DNA from: an uncultured Thermoplasmatales archaeon
Lineage (GTDB): Archaea; Thermoplasmatota; E2; UBA202; JdFR-43
NCBI GenBank assembly: GCA_965563795.1
Contig: CBEXJS010000002.1
Coordinates: 1 to 60,384 of the forward strand
Direction: 5' to 3'
Length of the DNA stretch: 60,384 nt
Shown here: piece by piece, positions 1 to 8,766 of the stretch
How positions within the stretch are numbered: position 1 is the stretch's first letter
Layout of the letters: every line of letters begins with the position of its first letter
Position numbers and translations under genes: made by a program
Notes under the pieces: generated by a model
Databases searched by the model: none
The model's input: only the letters and a program-made list of their open reading frames with translations
What the model was told of the DNA's origin: nothing

Positions 1-105
1 AATTCCTCCTCTTCTTATTAAATGCTCATTATATTCTTTCCAATTCCTCTTTTCTAGCGCCCTATCCCCTGCTGGGGGACTGCCAGAAAATATAAGAATT
101 ATGGT
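1..105 (-). mobile_element. Possible 5' fragment of an IS5-like DDE transposase gene running off the window edge
   Basis: The minus-strand frame is open from 105 to position 1 (35 codons) and reads ...GSPPAGDRALEKRNWKEYNEHLIRRGGI. The pattern N-W-x-x-Y-N-x-x-L-x-x-R-G matches what I recall from N-termini of IS5/IS903-group transposases. There is no canonical start codon after the upstream TAA, and the fragment is too short for certainty. Confidence 0.25.
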
Positions 106-119
106 TTATACCACAAAGC

Positions 120-716
120 ATGAAAAGGCAAAAGTTTTTATTTTTAATTCATCTTATCTTTTTAATGGATGAAATTGAACATTTAAGGCAAGTACTTGAC
201 TATTTGCCTTGCAAAGTTTGTGAGGAAATAGTGCCAGAAGGAGAGAGAAAATATTTATGTACTGTATGTGCCAGAATAAATAGAGTAGTATCTGCAGAAA
301 AAGCTATACCAAAATGGAAAGTTGAAGGAGAAGAAGTTGTTGCTATTGAAGGAATGGAAATTGAAGAATTGAAACCAAAAGTTAGAATTATTGAGGGAGA
401 AGAAGAAAAAGGGGAGGAAATTGAAGAAACAGAAAAAATAGAGGTTCTTGAGATTGGAGAAGAGATTAAAGAGGAAGAAGTGCAGATAGAAGAAGAACTT
501 CCAGAGTGGGAGGCTGTAGGAGAGCCATATAAATACGGAGAATACACGCTATATACAAAAGAAGTTGAGTTAAAGGGAGGAAGGAAACAAAAAATATATT
601 TCTTTAGTAAAAAGGAGCAAGAAGATGCTACACCAGCGCCGTTGCCAGAAGGATACGAAGTTAAGGTTAATGATAAAACAGGATTACCATTTCTTAAGAA
701 AAAGACAGAGAAATAA
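120..716 (+). CDS. Zinc-ribbon, highly acidic hypothetical protein
   Basis: 198-aa ORF with CKVC...CTVC zinc ribbon and a long Glu-rich middle. The basic C-terminal module reads YTLYTKEVELKGGRKQKIYFFSKK...GLPFLKKK. Its stop overlaps the queA ATG by 1 nt (TAATG). The first 15 hydrophobic codons resemble a short form of the intergenic repeat, so ATG 165 is an alternative start. Confidence 0.6.
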   Translation: MKRQKFLFLIHLIFLMDEIEHLRQVLDYLPCKVCEEIVPEGERKYLCTVCARINRVVSAEKAIPKWKVEGEEVVAIEGMEIEELKPKVRIIEGEEEKGEEIEETEKIEVLEIGEEIKEEEVQIEEELPEWEAVGEPYKYGEYTLYTKEVELKGGRKQKIYFFSKKEQEDATPAPLPEGYEVKVNDKTGLPFLKKKTEK

Positions 717-1684
717 TGGTTTTGGATTATAATTTGCCAAAAGAGAAAATAGCGCAAATACCGACTTTTCCAAGAGACCATTGCAAATTATTAGTTTTAA
801 ATGGTGAAAAAATTGAGCATAGAAAATTCTATGAAATTATAGATTATTTGCATAAGGGAGATGTGCTTGTTTTAAATGATACTAAAGTTATGAAAGCCCG
901 TTTAATAGCAAGGAAACCAACTGGAGGAAAGCTCGATATTCTTATTATAAGAGAAAGAAATGGATTTTACGAATGCCTAATAAAGGGAAAATATAAGGAA
1001 GGAACAAAATTTTTCATTGCTAACAAAGAAGGAGAAATTTTGGAAAAGAGGAATGGAAGGTGCTTAATTAAATTGCCATTGAATATGGAAGAAATAGAAA
1101 AATTTGGAATAATGCCTACTCCTCCTTATATAAAGAGAGAAGTTGAAAATGAGGGATGGTATCAAACTGTATTTGCAAAGAAAAAAGGTTCTATTGCCGC
1201 CCCTACAGCGGGCTTGCATTTTACAGAGGAGTTGCTTAAAAAAATTGCTGAAAAAGGTGTAGAAATTGTTTATGTTACTTTACATGTTGGCTTAGCCACA
1301 TTTATGCCGCCAGAAAAAATGAAAGAGGAAAAGGAATATTATTCCATTAGCGAGGAATCAGCAGAAAAAATAAATAATGCTAAGGGAAAAGTTGTAGCTG
1401 TAGGGACAACAACAGTGAAAGCCTTAGAAAGCTCAGCAAAAAATGGAAAAGTTATTGCATCAGAAGGCTGGAGCAATTTGTTTATTTCTTTAGAACATAA
1501 ATTCCAATCTCCTATTCAAGGTATGGTAACAAATTTCCATATGCCTAATTCTCCCCCATTAATAATGACAGCTGCATTTGCTGGCAAAGAATTGCTTATG
1601 AAAGCATATGAAGAAGCTTTAAAGAAAGATTACAAATTTTTAAGTTTTGGAGATGCTATGCTTATATTAAGATGTTCGAAATAA
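716..1684 (+). CDS. queA: S-adenosylmethionine:tRNA ribosyltransferase-isomerase (QueA)
   Basis: 322 aa. By-eye full-length match to bacterial QueA blocks: LPKEKIAQ.P..RD..KLLV, GDVLVLNDTKV.KARL, MPTPPYI, AAPTAGLHFT, VTLHVGLATF, VGTTTVKALES, TNFHMPNS, FAG, FLSFGDAML. Confidence 0.85.
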   Translation: MVLDYNLPKEKIAQIPTFPRDHCKLLVLNGEKIEHRKFYEIIDYLHKGDVLVLNDTKVMKARLIARKPTGGKLDILIIRERNGFYECLIKGKYKEGTKFFIANKEGEILEKRNGRCLIKLPLNMEEIEKFGIMPTPPYIKREVENEGWYQTVFAKKKGSIAAPTAGLHFTEELLKKIAEKGVEIVYVTLHVGLATFMPPEKMKEEKEYYSISEESAEKINNAKGKVVAVGTTTVKALESSAKNGKVIASEGWSNLFISLEHKFQSPIQGMVTNFHMPNSPPLIMTAAFAGKELLMKAYEEALKKDYKFLSFGDAMLILRCSK

Positions 1685-2682
1685 TAGCTGAAAAAGGAAA
1701 GGCAAGAGCAGGCATATTGAAGGCAAGGGGCATTGAAATAGAAACACCTGTTTTTCTTCCTGTTGCCACCAAAGCCTGCATCAAGACCTTGCTTCCAAAA
1801 GAAGCAAAAGAAGTTGGTGTCAAAGCAATTATTGTCAATGCTCTACATATTTATAGGAGAGCCATGGAATTAGTTGAAAAAGTGGGTTTGCATAAATTCA
1901 TGAGATGGGATGGAATTATATTTACAGATAGCGGAGGCTTCCAATCAATAAAAAAATTTCCAGCTTTTGTTAAAGAGGAAGGGATAGCATTTAAAATGCC
2001 AGATGGAAAAGAGGAGTTTTTTACTCCAGAAAAAAGCATAGAAGTTCAAAAAAAGATAGGAAGCGATTTCTTCTTTGCTTTAGATGATTGTCCATCATAT
2101 CCATATAGCAAGAGAAGAGTAGAAAAAGCTGTAGAAAGAACTATAAAATGGGCTGAAAGATGCCAAGGAGAAAGAACGTTTGCCATTTTGCAAGGAGGAA
2201 TATATGAAGATTTAAGGAAATATTGTGCTGAGAAACTTTCAAAAATGAATTTCTTTGGATTTGCCATAGGTGGACTATGCATAGGAGAGCCAAAAGAAGA
2301 AATGCACCGCATGGTTAAGCTAAGCGTTGAATACCTGCCAAAAGAAAAACCACGTCACCTAATGGGAGTTGGCTCACCAGAAGATATTTTAGAATGTGTA
2401 AAATATGGAATAGATATTTTTGATAGCGCTTTTCCAACAAGAAATGCAAGGCATGGAACAATTTTAACAAGCAAAGGAAAAATAAATTTGGGAAAAAGAA
2501 AGGTAAAGGGAGATGTAATAGATGAGGAGTGCGACTGCTATACTTGCAAAAATTTTTCATTGGACTATTTAAATTATTTATTCAAAGAAAAAGAGCCATT
2601 GGCAATGAGATTGGCGACAATTCATAATCTCCGCTATATAAATAGGCTAATGGAAAATATAAGGGAAGAGATAAAGAGCTAA
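1672..2682 (+). CDS. tgt: tRNA-guanine transglycosylase, short bacterial-like type
   Basis: 336 aa with motifs FTDSGGFQ, FAIGGLCIGE and RHLMGVGSPEDILECVKYGIDIFDSAFPTRNARHG, plus zinc site CDCYTC. It has no PUA or extra C-terminal domains of archaeosine TGT. It overlaps queA by 13 nt. Confidence 0.85.
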   Translation: MFEIIAEKGKARAGILKARGIEIETPVFLPVATKACIKTLLPKEAKEVGVKAIIVNALHIYRRAMELVEKVGLHKFMRWDGIIFTDSGGFQSIKKFPAFVKEEGIAFKMPDGKEEFFTPEKSIEVQKKIGSDFFFALDDCPSYPYSKRRVEKAVERTIKWAERCQGERTFAILQGGIYEDLRKYCAEKLSKMNFFGFAIGGLCIGEPKEEMHRMVKLSVEYLPKEKPRHLMGVGSPEDILECVKYGIDIFDSAFPTRNARHGTILTSKGKINLGKRKVKGDVIDEECDCYTCKNFSLDYLNYLFKEKEPLAMRLATIHNLRYINRLMENIREEIKS

Positions 2683-3629
2683 ATAAGCAAATGAACATTT
2701 CCAATTCTTACATTTTTCAATCCAGCTTTTTTGGCTGATGCATAGCATTCTAAAGCTTGTTTTTTAGAAGTATTAGGCAAATCATTCATTTTATGGCATG
2801 GATAAAAAGCAAGTAAACTATAAGGAATGTTTTCATCAATAGATGCAATAAAACTTGCTATTTGATAAACTTCGTCTGCATCAACATAATATGGAACAAG
2901 CAAAGTGCTTGCTGCCATTTTGCAATATTTTGCCAAATATTCAAAATTTTGCAAAGTGTTTTTGTTGCTTACTCCGCACAATGCGATATGAAGCTTTTCA
3001 TTCCATGCCTTTAAATCAAATTTTACTATACCATTTGTTACTTCAGCTACTTTTGGAAGAAATTGTTTTGAAAAATTTCCATTTGTTTCCCAGCATACAA
3101 TACAATCAACATTTTTTGCAACATTTATTGCATGCTGAATTTGGCAGGTTGGGTCCCCTCCAAAGAAACATATACATTTTGCTTTTTTAGAGGCTTGAAT
3201 GAGCTCATCAGCATACATTAAAGGGAGCTTTCTTTTTGCCATTTCGTGATAAATTGCATTCTGGCAAAATAGGCAATCAAAACTACATGCGCCATAAAAA
3301 ACAGCTAAGTTATATCCTTTATCCATCCCACAAACCCATGATGCGACACAATTTGTTGGCAAGGCATCAAAATAGTATTCACCAATTGCAACATTAGCAT
3401 TTGAATAGCTTATTAACTTTCCTTTCTTATTTTCCCTAAGCCTACAAAATCCTTTTTCATTTTCTCCTATTTTGCATGAATTACCGCATATGTTGCATGG
3501 AATGCCATCTTGAGGCACTTTCTTATGCATAGCTAAAATATATTCATCTGCTTTTCCTTCAACTATGCATTTTTTGCAAACTTTAAGACAAGCTGAGGCA
3601 ATATGTTCTTTACAAATTATGCATTTCAT
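2679..3629 (-). CDS. Radical SAM enzyme, AmmeMemoRadiSam (AmrS)/PflA-activase-like
   Basis: 316 aa with CX3CX2C motif CSFDCLFC. An upstream Cys-rich segment CNICGNSCKIGENEKGFCRLREN is typical of AmrS-type proteins. There is an extra N-terminal CxxC...CxxC. Confidence 0.7.
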   Translation of the reverse strand: MKCIICKEHIASACLKVCKKCIVEGKADEYILAMHKKVPQDGIPCNICGNSCKIGENEKGFCRLRENKKGKLISYSNANVAIGEYYFDALPTNCVASWVCGMDKGYNLAVFYGACSFDCLFCQNAIYHEMAKRKLPLMYADELIQASKKAKCICFFGGDPTCQIQHAINVAKNVDCIVCWETNGNFSKQFLPKVAEVTNGIVKFDLKAWNEKLHIALCGVSNKNTLQNFEYLAKYCKMAASTLLVPYYVDADEVYQIASFIASIDENIPYSLLAFYPCHKMNDLPNTSKKQALECYASAKKAGLKNVRIGNVHLLI

Positions 3630-4714
3630 ACAAACACTCTTTTTATTTTTTCATATGGAGCATTTGTTTTAAAGGAATTAAAATCAAAATGATTTCTCCC
3701 TGCTTCAAATCCCTCTTCTTTTAACTTTTCAATTATTTTATTCAATTTTGGTTGCTTCACTTTTAAATCTTTTGCAACATAACTACTTTCATAATACATT
3801 GGAGGAAGTTCTGTTTCCTCCAGAAACAAATCAATATACTTTTCCAATTCTTTTTTTCTCTTAAAATTTCTTTCTTCCAAATATTCCTTTAATTTTTTTA
3901 CTAGTTCCACATCATGTAACTCGCCAATCCACAGCGGGCCAGCATAGTTGATGGTTGGCAACTCATCAAGCTTGCTTACTTTCCATCCATTATCCCAATA
4001 AATCCAACCTATTTTTGCTATATTTTCATTAGCTTTTCTCGCCCCTTTTTCAAAATACCCATAAATCCTAAAGAAATGACTATATGAAAATGAAAGCATT
4101 GGTTTGAATGCAAAATCATAACTTGCAGATTGCTTTGCTATATATCCAAGCAAAATTCTCATTCCCATTTCCTTAACTGCTTGCAATCTCAAAGGAATTG
4201 CATGATATTTTCTAATACATGCTTTCTTATATACTCCACAAAGTGTGGCTGTATCTGTTGCTGTAATTGATGCATAAGCTTTTCTCCTTATTCCTTTGAA
4301 AATGCATGGAATAAAAGGGATTGGCGAGCCATATGGATCGATATCAATATAATCATATCTTTTTTTATGCAATAATATGCAAAGATTTTCATTTAACGCA
4401 TTTGCATTAACATTATTTTCTCTCATGTTCTTTTTAATGAGTTCATGTGCCTTAGAATTTATATCATTGATATCAACTTCAATATCCCCTCCAACTTCTT
4501 TTGCTATTCTTATTCCTCTTATTCCTGTTGAAGCTAAACCATCCAAAAAATATTTAGCTCCTTTATTTGCAATATACTGGCAGAAGAGAACATTTATGTC
4601 CCTATCTATTTCTAAAGTTGGATTGTAAAAGCCAGGCTCTCTTTTTCCTGGTCCTTTATATTTGCGAAAACGCTCCAAAAAAATTTTCACTTTTCCCTCT
4701 TCAACTACTTCCAT
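3626..4714 (-). CDS. trm1: tRNA (guanine26-N2)-dimethyltransferase Trm1
   Basis: 362 aa with FYNPTLEIDRDINV, LDGLASTGIRGIRIAKE and IDIDPYGSPIPF. It overlaps the downstream radical SAM gene by 4 nt. Confidence 0.85.
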   Translation of the reverse strand: MEVVEEGKVKIFLERFRKYKGPGKREPGFYNPTLEIDRDINVLFCQYIANKGAKYFLDGLASTGIRGIRIAKEVGGDIEVDINDINSKAHELIKKNMRENNVNANALNENLCILLHKKRYDYIDIDPYGSPIPFIPCIFKGIRRKAYASITATDTATLCGVYKKACIRKYHAIPLRLQAVKEMGMRILLGYIAKQSASYDFAFKPMLSFSYSHFFRIYGYFEKGARKANENIAKIGWIYWDNGWKVSKLDELPTINYAGPLWIGELHDVELVKKLKEYLEERNFKRKKELEKYIDLFLEETELPPMYYESSYVAKDLKVKQPKLNKIIEKLKEEGFEAGRNHFDFNSFKTNAPYEKIKRVFV

Positions 4715-5253
4715 TCTTCCTTCAACAGCTTTTCAATTTTGTATGGTAGAAGATTTCTATTTACTCTTGTAATTTCAAAAATTCTTACATTGTTCATATT
4801 TCTTATATCCTGCAACAATGAATCTCTTGATTTTTTGTGGAGTGTTAGCAAAACAGGCTTTTCGCAATACAAAGCTTCTTTTACAACTTCCCTAAACTTT
4901 TTGCTTTCCAACGCCAATTTCCCAACTTCATCTATTACAATTATGTCTATGCTTTCATCCTCCATTGCATCTTGTATGGCGGGAATACCAAATTCCTCCA
5001 AGACTTTCATATCAAGCTTGTATTTCCCTACCCTATACGAAGTATCTAAATTTATATGGGCGAAAAGTCGCTCCTCTTGAGTTTGCCAATTAACTATTTT
5101 AAAGCCAACTCTCACACCATTTTCCTCTATTCCCTTTGTAATCATTCCTCCAAAAATATAATAATCTTCTAACCTTCTTATAACCCTTATAAGCCCTTCG
5201 GTTTTGCCAACCCTAGGCATTCCTGTAATTCCAACTTTAGGTACTATGCTCAT
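4705..5253 (-). CDS. THEP1-type nucleoside triphosphatase
   Basis: 182 aa with P-loop ITGMPRVGKT and Walker B IIVIDEVG. The size is typical of THEP1. It overlaps trm1 by 10 nt. Confidence 0.75.
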   Translation of the reverse strand: MSIVPKVGITGMPRVGKTEGLIRVIRRLEDYYIFGGMITKGIEENGVRVGFKIVNWQTQEERLFAHINLDTSYRVGKYKLDMKVLEEFGIPAIQDAMEDESIDIIVIDEVGKLALESKKFREVVKEALYCEKPVLLTLHKKSRDSLLQDIRNMNNVRIFEITRVNRNLLPYKIEKLLKEEWK

Positions 5254-5305
5254 TTCAAATATGAATATAATTTAAATATTTAAATTTAAAAAATCATTTC
5301 AAAGC

Positions 5306-5923
5306 ATGCTAATAGTATTTGATATGGATGGTATATTCATTGAAGAAAGGAGTTCGTGGAAAATAATACACAAAGCATTTGGAATAGATAACTCAGATAT
5401 TGTTGAATTGTATAAAAAAGGGCTAATAAATGATAAGGAATTTTTGGATAGAGATATTGAAAGATGGAGAAATAATGGAATTAAAAGAAAGGATATTGAA
5501 AAAATTCTTTATAGTGTGCCCATCACTAATGGAGCAGAGGAGTGTATAAAATTTCTAAAAAGGATAGGCAAGATTGCTATAATATCTGGAGGGATAGACA
5601 TATTGGCAAAAAGAATAGCAAAATTTGGTATTGATTATATTTATGCAAATGGTATTGAATTTAAAAATGAAATACCATGGAAAGGTATATTGAGGGTTCC
5701 ATTAAAGGAGAAAAATAAAATTTTAGAAAATTTAATGAAAAAATTGGGAAAAGAAAGAGAAGAGGTTGTTGTTATAGGAGATACGAAATACGATTTATGC
5801 ATGTTTAAAATAGCTGGAATAAGCATTGCTTTCAACCCAACAGAGGAAATTGCAAATAAGACAGATTATGTTATAAAAAAGAGAGATTTAAATGAATTAA
5901 TTCATATATTTGAAAATTATTAG
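5306..5923 (+). CDS. HAD-superfamily hydrolase (phosphoserine phosphatase-like, subfamily IB)
   Basis: 205 aa with N-terminal DxDG motif (IVFDMDGIF) and C-terminal GDTKYDLCMFKIAGISIAFNP. Confidence 0.7.
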   Translation: MLIVFDMDGIFIEERSSWKIIHKAFGIDNSDIVELYKKGLINDKEFLDRDIERWRNNGIKRKDIEKILYSVPITNGAEECIKFLKRIGKIAIISGGIDILAKRIAKFGIDYIYANGIEFKNEIPWKGILRVPLKEKNKILENLMKKLGKEREEVVVIGDTKYDLCMFKIAGISIAFNPTEEIANKTDYVIKKRDLNELIHIFENY

Positions 5924-5927
5924 GAAT

Positions 5928-6530
5928 ATGCTTCGCTTCTTTATTTTTCTCATAATAGCCCTGCTTTTCTATTTGCTTTACATGGTTTTAGTTACTGCTT
6001 TTGAAGAAGTTGGATTTAATGGATGGGAAGCTGGTTTAATAGTTTTTAGCTGTATAATATTTGGCTCAGTTAATATTGAACTTTTTTCTTACGGTAAGTG
6101 GATTATTGCAATAAATGTTGGAGGTGCATTGTTGCCAATATTAATTAGCTTATATCTCATGTTATCAAGGAAAGTATTTGGGAAAAGTCTGGTTGGAATA
6201 ATAATTGTTGCATATTTTGCATATGAAGTTACATATGCTACTTCAGCTGGCATAGTTTCCGAATTTCCTTACTGGCTGATTCCTCCATTTGTTGCAAGTT
6301 TATATTCTGTAGCTGTAAGTTTGAAAAATAAGAAAAAAGCTGCTTCAATAGCATACTCATCTGGAACTCTCGGTGTGTTAATTGGAGCTGACTTGCTACA
6401 TATAAATGAAATTCTTCAAATGCCCAAGGGAGGGGTAGCAAGCATAGGAGGAGCAGCAATACTTGATATGGTTTTTCTTACTGGCATAATAGCTGTGTTA
6501 ATTGATGCCTTTTTATATGGGAGAGATTAA
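5928..6530 (+). CDS. Multi-pass membrane protein (DUF1614-like)
   Basis: Hydrophobic throughout, with 5-6 predicted TM segments. The track start 5910 is TTG and overlaps the HAD gene. ATG 5928 lies just after the HAD stop. Confidence 0.55.
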   Translation: MLRFFIFLIIALLFYLLYMVLVTAFEEVGFNGWEAGLIVFSCIIFGSVNIELFSYGKWIIAINVGGALLPILISLYLMLSRKVFGKSLVGIIIVAYFAYEVTYATSAGIVSEFPYWLIPPFVASLYSVAVSLKNKKKAASIAYSSGTLGVLIGADLLHINEILQMPKGGVASIGGAAILDMVFLTGIIAVLIDAFLYGRD

Positions 6531-6745
6531 AACATAACCGAAGGTTGGCTGTTATAGCAATTTTATCAAAGTCAGGATTCAAGAAAAATTAATGAAATGA
6601 GATTTTGCTATGGGCTTAATTCTTTTTTGCAATAATAGCATGAAGTAGGGTAATTCTCTCTCATTTAAAACGGGTTTGATAATAAATGAAGGAAGTGGGT
6701 TATTATCAGCTATTTTTCATGGAAGAGAATTTTTCCTTGAAAGTT
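6531..6745. repeat. Composite of at least 3 units of the dispersed intergenic repeat family
   Basis: The full unit 6591-6666 (minus orientation) starts with AATGAAA and ends with CTCATTT. A plus-orientation unit begins at 6685 (AATGAAGGAAGTGGGTTATTATCAGCTATTTTTCATGGAAGAGAATTT). A degenerate piece occupies 6541-6590. Confidence 0.7.
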
Positions 6746-6772
6746 TAAATATAAACTATAGATTTTTTAATT

Positions 6773-7258
6773 ATGAAGTACATTAAGTATATAGCAGTTG
6801 GGATTGCAATCTTTATAGTTTTAGTGTCTATATTTTATTTCCAAAAGAGTGAAGCAGAAAAAGAAAATAAACTTAGTGTGGATGCAATGTATCTATTAAA
6901 AAGAAATGAAACGAAAGAGTACGTTAATGCAACTGCCATTATTTACTTAACAAATCTTCATGCAGAATCAGGAGAAATAAAAATAATTGTTTATTTAATG
7001 GAAAGATGGAAAGGAGTAGCAATAGATAAAAGAGAATTGGAAATAGGAAAATTACAGAAGGATAAAACAGAAGAAATTCAAATTGATGTGCAAATGGAAA
7101 ACAAGAGTTATGATTTAGAGATCCTTGTATTTGAAAATGATTTATTGAAAATTAAGGGGAGTGGAGGAGTAACAGTTTACCTATATAATGCTGGAAAAGG
7201 AGGTTACAGGTATGAAGTTTCCTTAGATAGCTTGTATTTCGAAAAAGTTCATGAATAA
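6773..7258 (+). CDS. Hypothetical membrane-anchored protein
   Basis: 161 aa with one N-terminal TM helix and then a soluble beta-rich region. No motif recognised. Confidence 0.5.
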   Translation: MKYIKYIAVGIAIFIVLVSIFYFQKSEAEKENKLSVDAMYLLKRNETKEYVNATAIIYLTNLHAESGEIKIIVYLMERWKGVAIDKRELEIGKLQKDKTEEIQIDVQMENKSYDLEILVFENDLLKIKGSGGVTVYLYNAGKGGYRYEVSLDSLYFEKVHE

Positions 7259-7289
7259 CCCATCTTAGAAAGAAAAATAAAGGGGGGAG

Positions 7290-8636
7290 TTAAATCCATC
7301 CTCTATCTTTCATTGCCTCTACCACTCTTTCAATGCTAACAATGTATGCTGCTGTTCTTGTATGGATATCTTTGCCTTTCTCCTTATATTCCTTCTGCTT
7401 GTTTATTACATCCCAGAAAGCTTTGCTCATCTTCTTATCTAATTTCTCATAAACTTCCTCGAAATCCCAGTAATATCCATTGATATTTTGCACCCATTCA
7501 AAATAGCTAACTGTTACTCCTCCTGCGTTTGCAAGGAAATCTGGCAATACTAAGATGCCTTTCTTGTGCAATATTTCATCTGCTTCTGGTGTTGTTGGTC
7601 CATTAGCCAATTCAAGCACAATCTTTGCCTTGATGCGCTCTGCATTGTCATGCCTTATGACATTTTCCAAAGCAGCAGGTACAAGGACATCTACATCCAA
7701 TTCAAGCAATTCTTCATTTGTTATTTTCTTTGCTCCTTCATAATTAACAACGCTTCCTGTTGTTGCTTTTACTTCCTTTACTTTCTTATATGGCAAACCT
7801 TCTTCGCTATAAATTCCGCCCTTTGAATCGCTAACTGCAACTACCTTTACATTCTTGAACAACCTTGTTATGAGCAAATGGGCAAACTGTCCAGCATTTC
7901 CATATCCCTGTATTGCAACTGTTATTGCATTTCCCTGTGGAATCTCATCTCCAATTTTTTCTAATTCCTCATATGGTTTGTGCATGTTCTCTGGATTTTC
8001 CTCTAAAGATAAACCAATATACTTTGCAGCCTCCCTAAGAACATACATTCCTCCTCTTGCTGTTGCGTCTGCTCTTCCTTTGCTTCCTCCTACGCTAAGT
8101 GGCTTTCCTGTAATTACGCCCGGAGCATTGTAGCCTACGATTTTGCTGAATTCATCCATCATCCATGCCATTATTTGTGGATTTGTGTATACATCTGGAG
8201 CTGGAATATCCTTTTCTGGACCAATGAAACGTCCTATTGCTCTTATGTATCCTCTTGCCAATCTTTCTTTCTCAGCATCGCTCATCTCCTTTGGATTGCA
8301 GACTATTCCTCCTTTTGCTCCTCCATAAGGCAAATCCACTACAGCTGTTTTCCAAGTCATCCATGCAGCCAAAGCTTTTACTGTGTCGAGAGTTTCTTCT
8401 GGATGCCATCTTATTCCTCCCTTTGTAGGACCTCTCGCATCGTTATACTGTACTCTGAAGCCAGTAAATACTTTTGTTTCTCCATTATCCATTTTTACTG
8501 GTATCCTAACTATTAATGTTCTCATTGGTTCTCTTAGCATTTGGCGAGATGCTTCATCCAAACCCATTATTTCAGCTGCTTCATCCAACTGCTTCTGGGC
8601 TATTTTAAAAGGGTTAAGCTCTTCCATTTTTTTCAC
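7290..8636 (-). CDS. gdhA: Glutamate dehydrogenase
   Basis: 448 aa with [18 protein letters not shown] and [13 protein letters not shown]. By eye it is close to hyperthermophile GDHs. It carries a roughly 24-aa insertion before the dinucleotide-binding glycine motif. Confidence 0.9.
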   Translation of the reverse strand: MKKMEELNPFKIAQKQLDEAAEIMGLDEASRQMLREPMRTLIVRIPVKMDNGETKVFTGFRVQYNDARGPTKGGIRWHPEETLDTVKALAAWMTWKTAVVDLPYGGAKGGIVCNPKEMSDAEKERLARGYIRAIGRFIGPEKDIPAPDVYTNPQIMAWMMDEFSKIVGYNAPGVITGKPLSVGGSKGRADATARGGMYVLREAAKYIGLSLEENPENMHKPYEELEKIGDEIPQGNAITVAIQGYGNAGQFAHLLITRLFKNVKVVAVSDSKGGIYSEEGLPYKKVKEVKATTGSVVNYEGAKKITNEELLELDVDVLVPAALENVIRHDNAERIKAKIVLELANGPTTPEADEILHKKGILVLPDFLANAGGVTVSYFEWVQNINGYYWDFEEVYEKLDKKMSKAFWDVINKQKEYKEKGKDIHTRTAAYIVSIERVVEAMKDRGWI

Positions 8637-8766
8637 CTGCTGGAAATACTGATATTAAATTTAAAGATTAGCTGAATCGTGTTAGCAAACATCACGAAAA
8701 TAAATTAAAGGAATATTCGCTTCCTTATCAGAATGGAAAAAGAACCACCTCCTGAAGGCGATATGC

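Noticed and set aside
200-781. 193-aa minus-strand Ser-rich ORF
   Set aside because: It mirrors the Glu-rich (GAA/GAG) coding strand of the acidic zinc-ribbon gene. This is a typical antisense artefact.
2679-3629. AmrS-like radical SAM gene plus the Memo-family gene (56369-57199) considered as a clustered AmmeMemoRadiSam system
   Set aside because: The two genes are 53 kb apart and on different strands, and no AMMECR1 gene is in the window. There is no local system to report.
8679-8695. Quasi-palindromic motif GTGTTAGCAAACATCAC upstream of gdhA/mgtE-like, nearly repeated as GTGATTAACAAACATCAC at 49268-49285 upstream of transketolase (possible shared operator)
   Set aside because: There are only two occurrences. 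A rough estimate suggests that a 13/14 match between two intergenic sites is expected by chance in this much AT-rich DNA. It would only be worth revisiting if genome-wide motif discovery recovers it.
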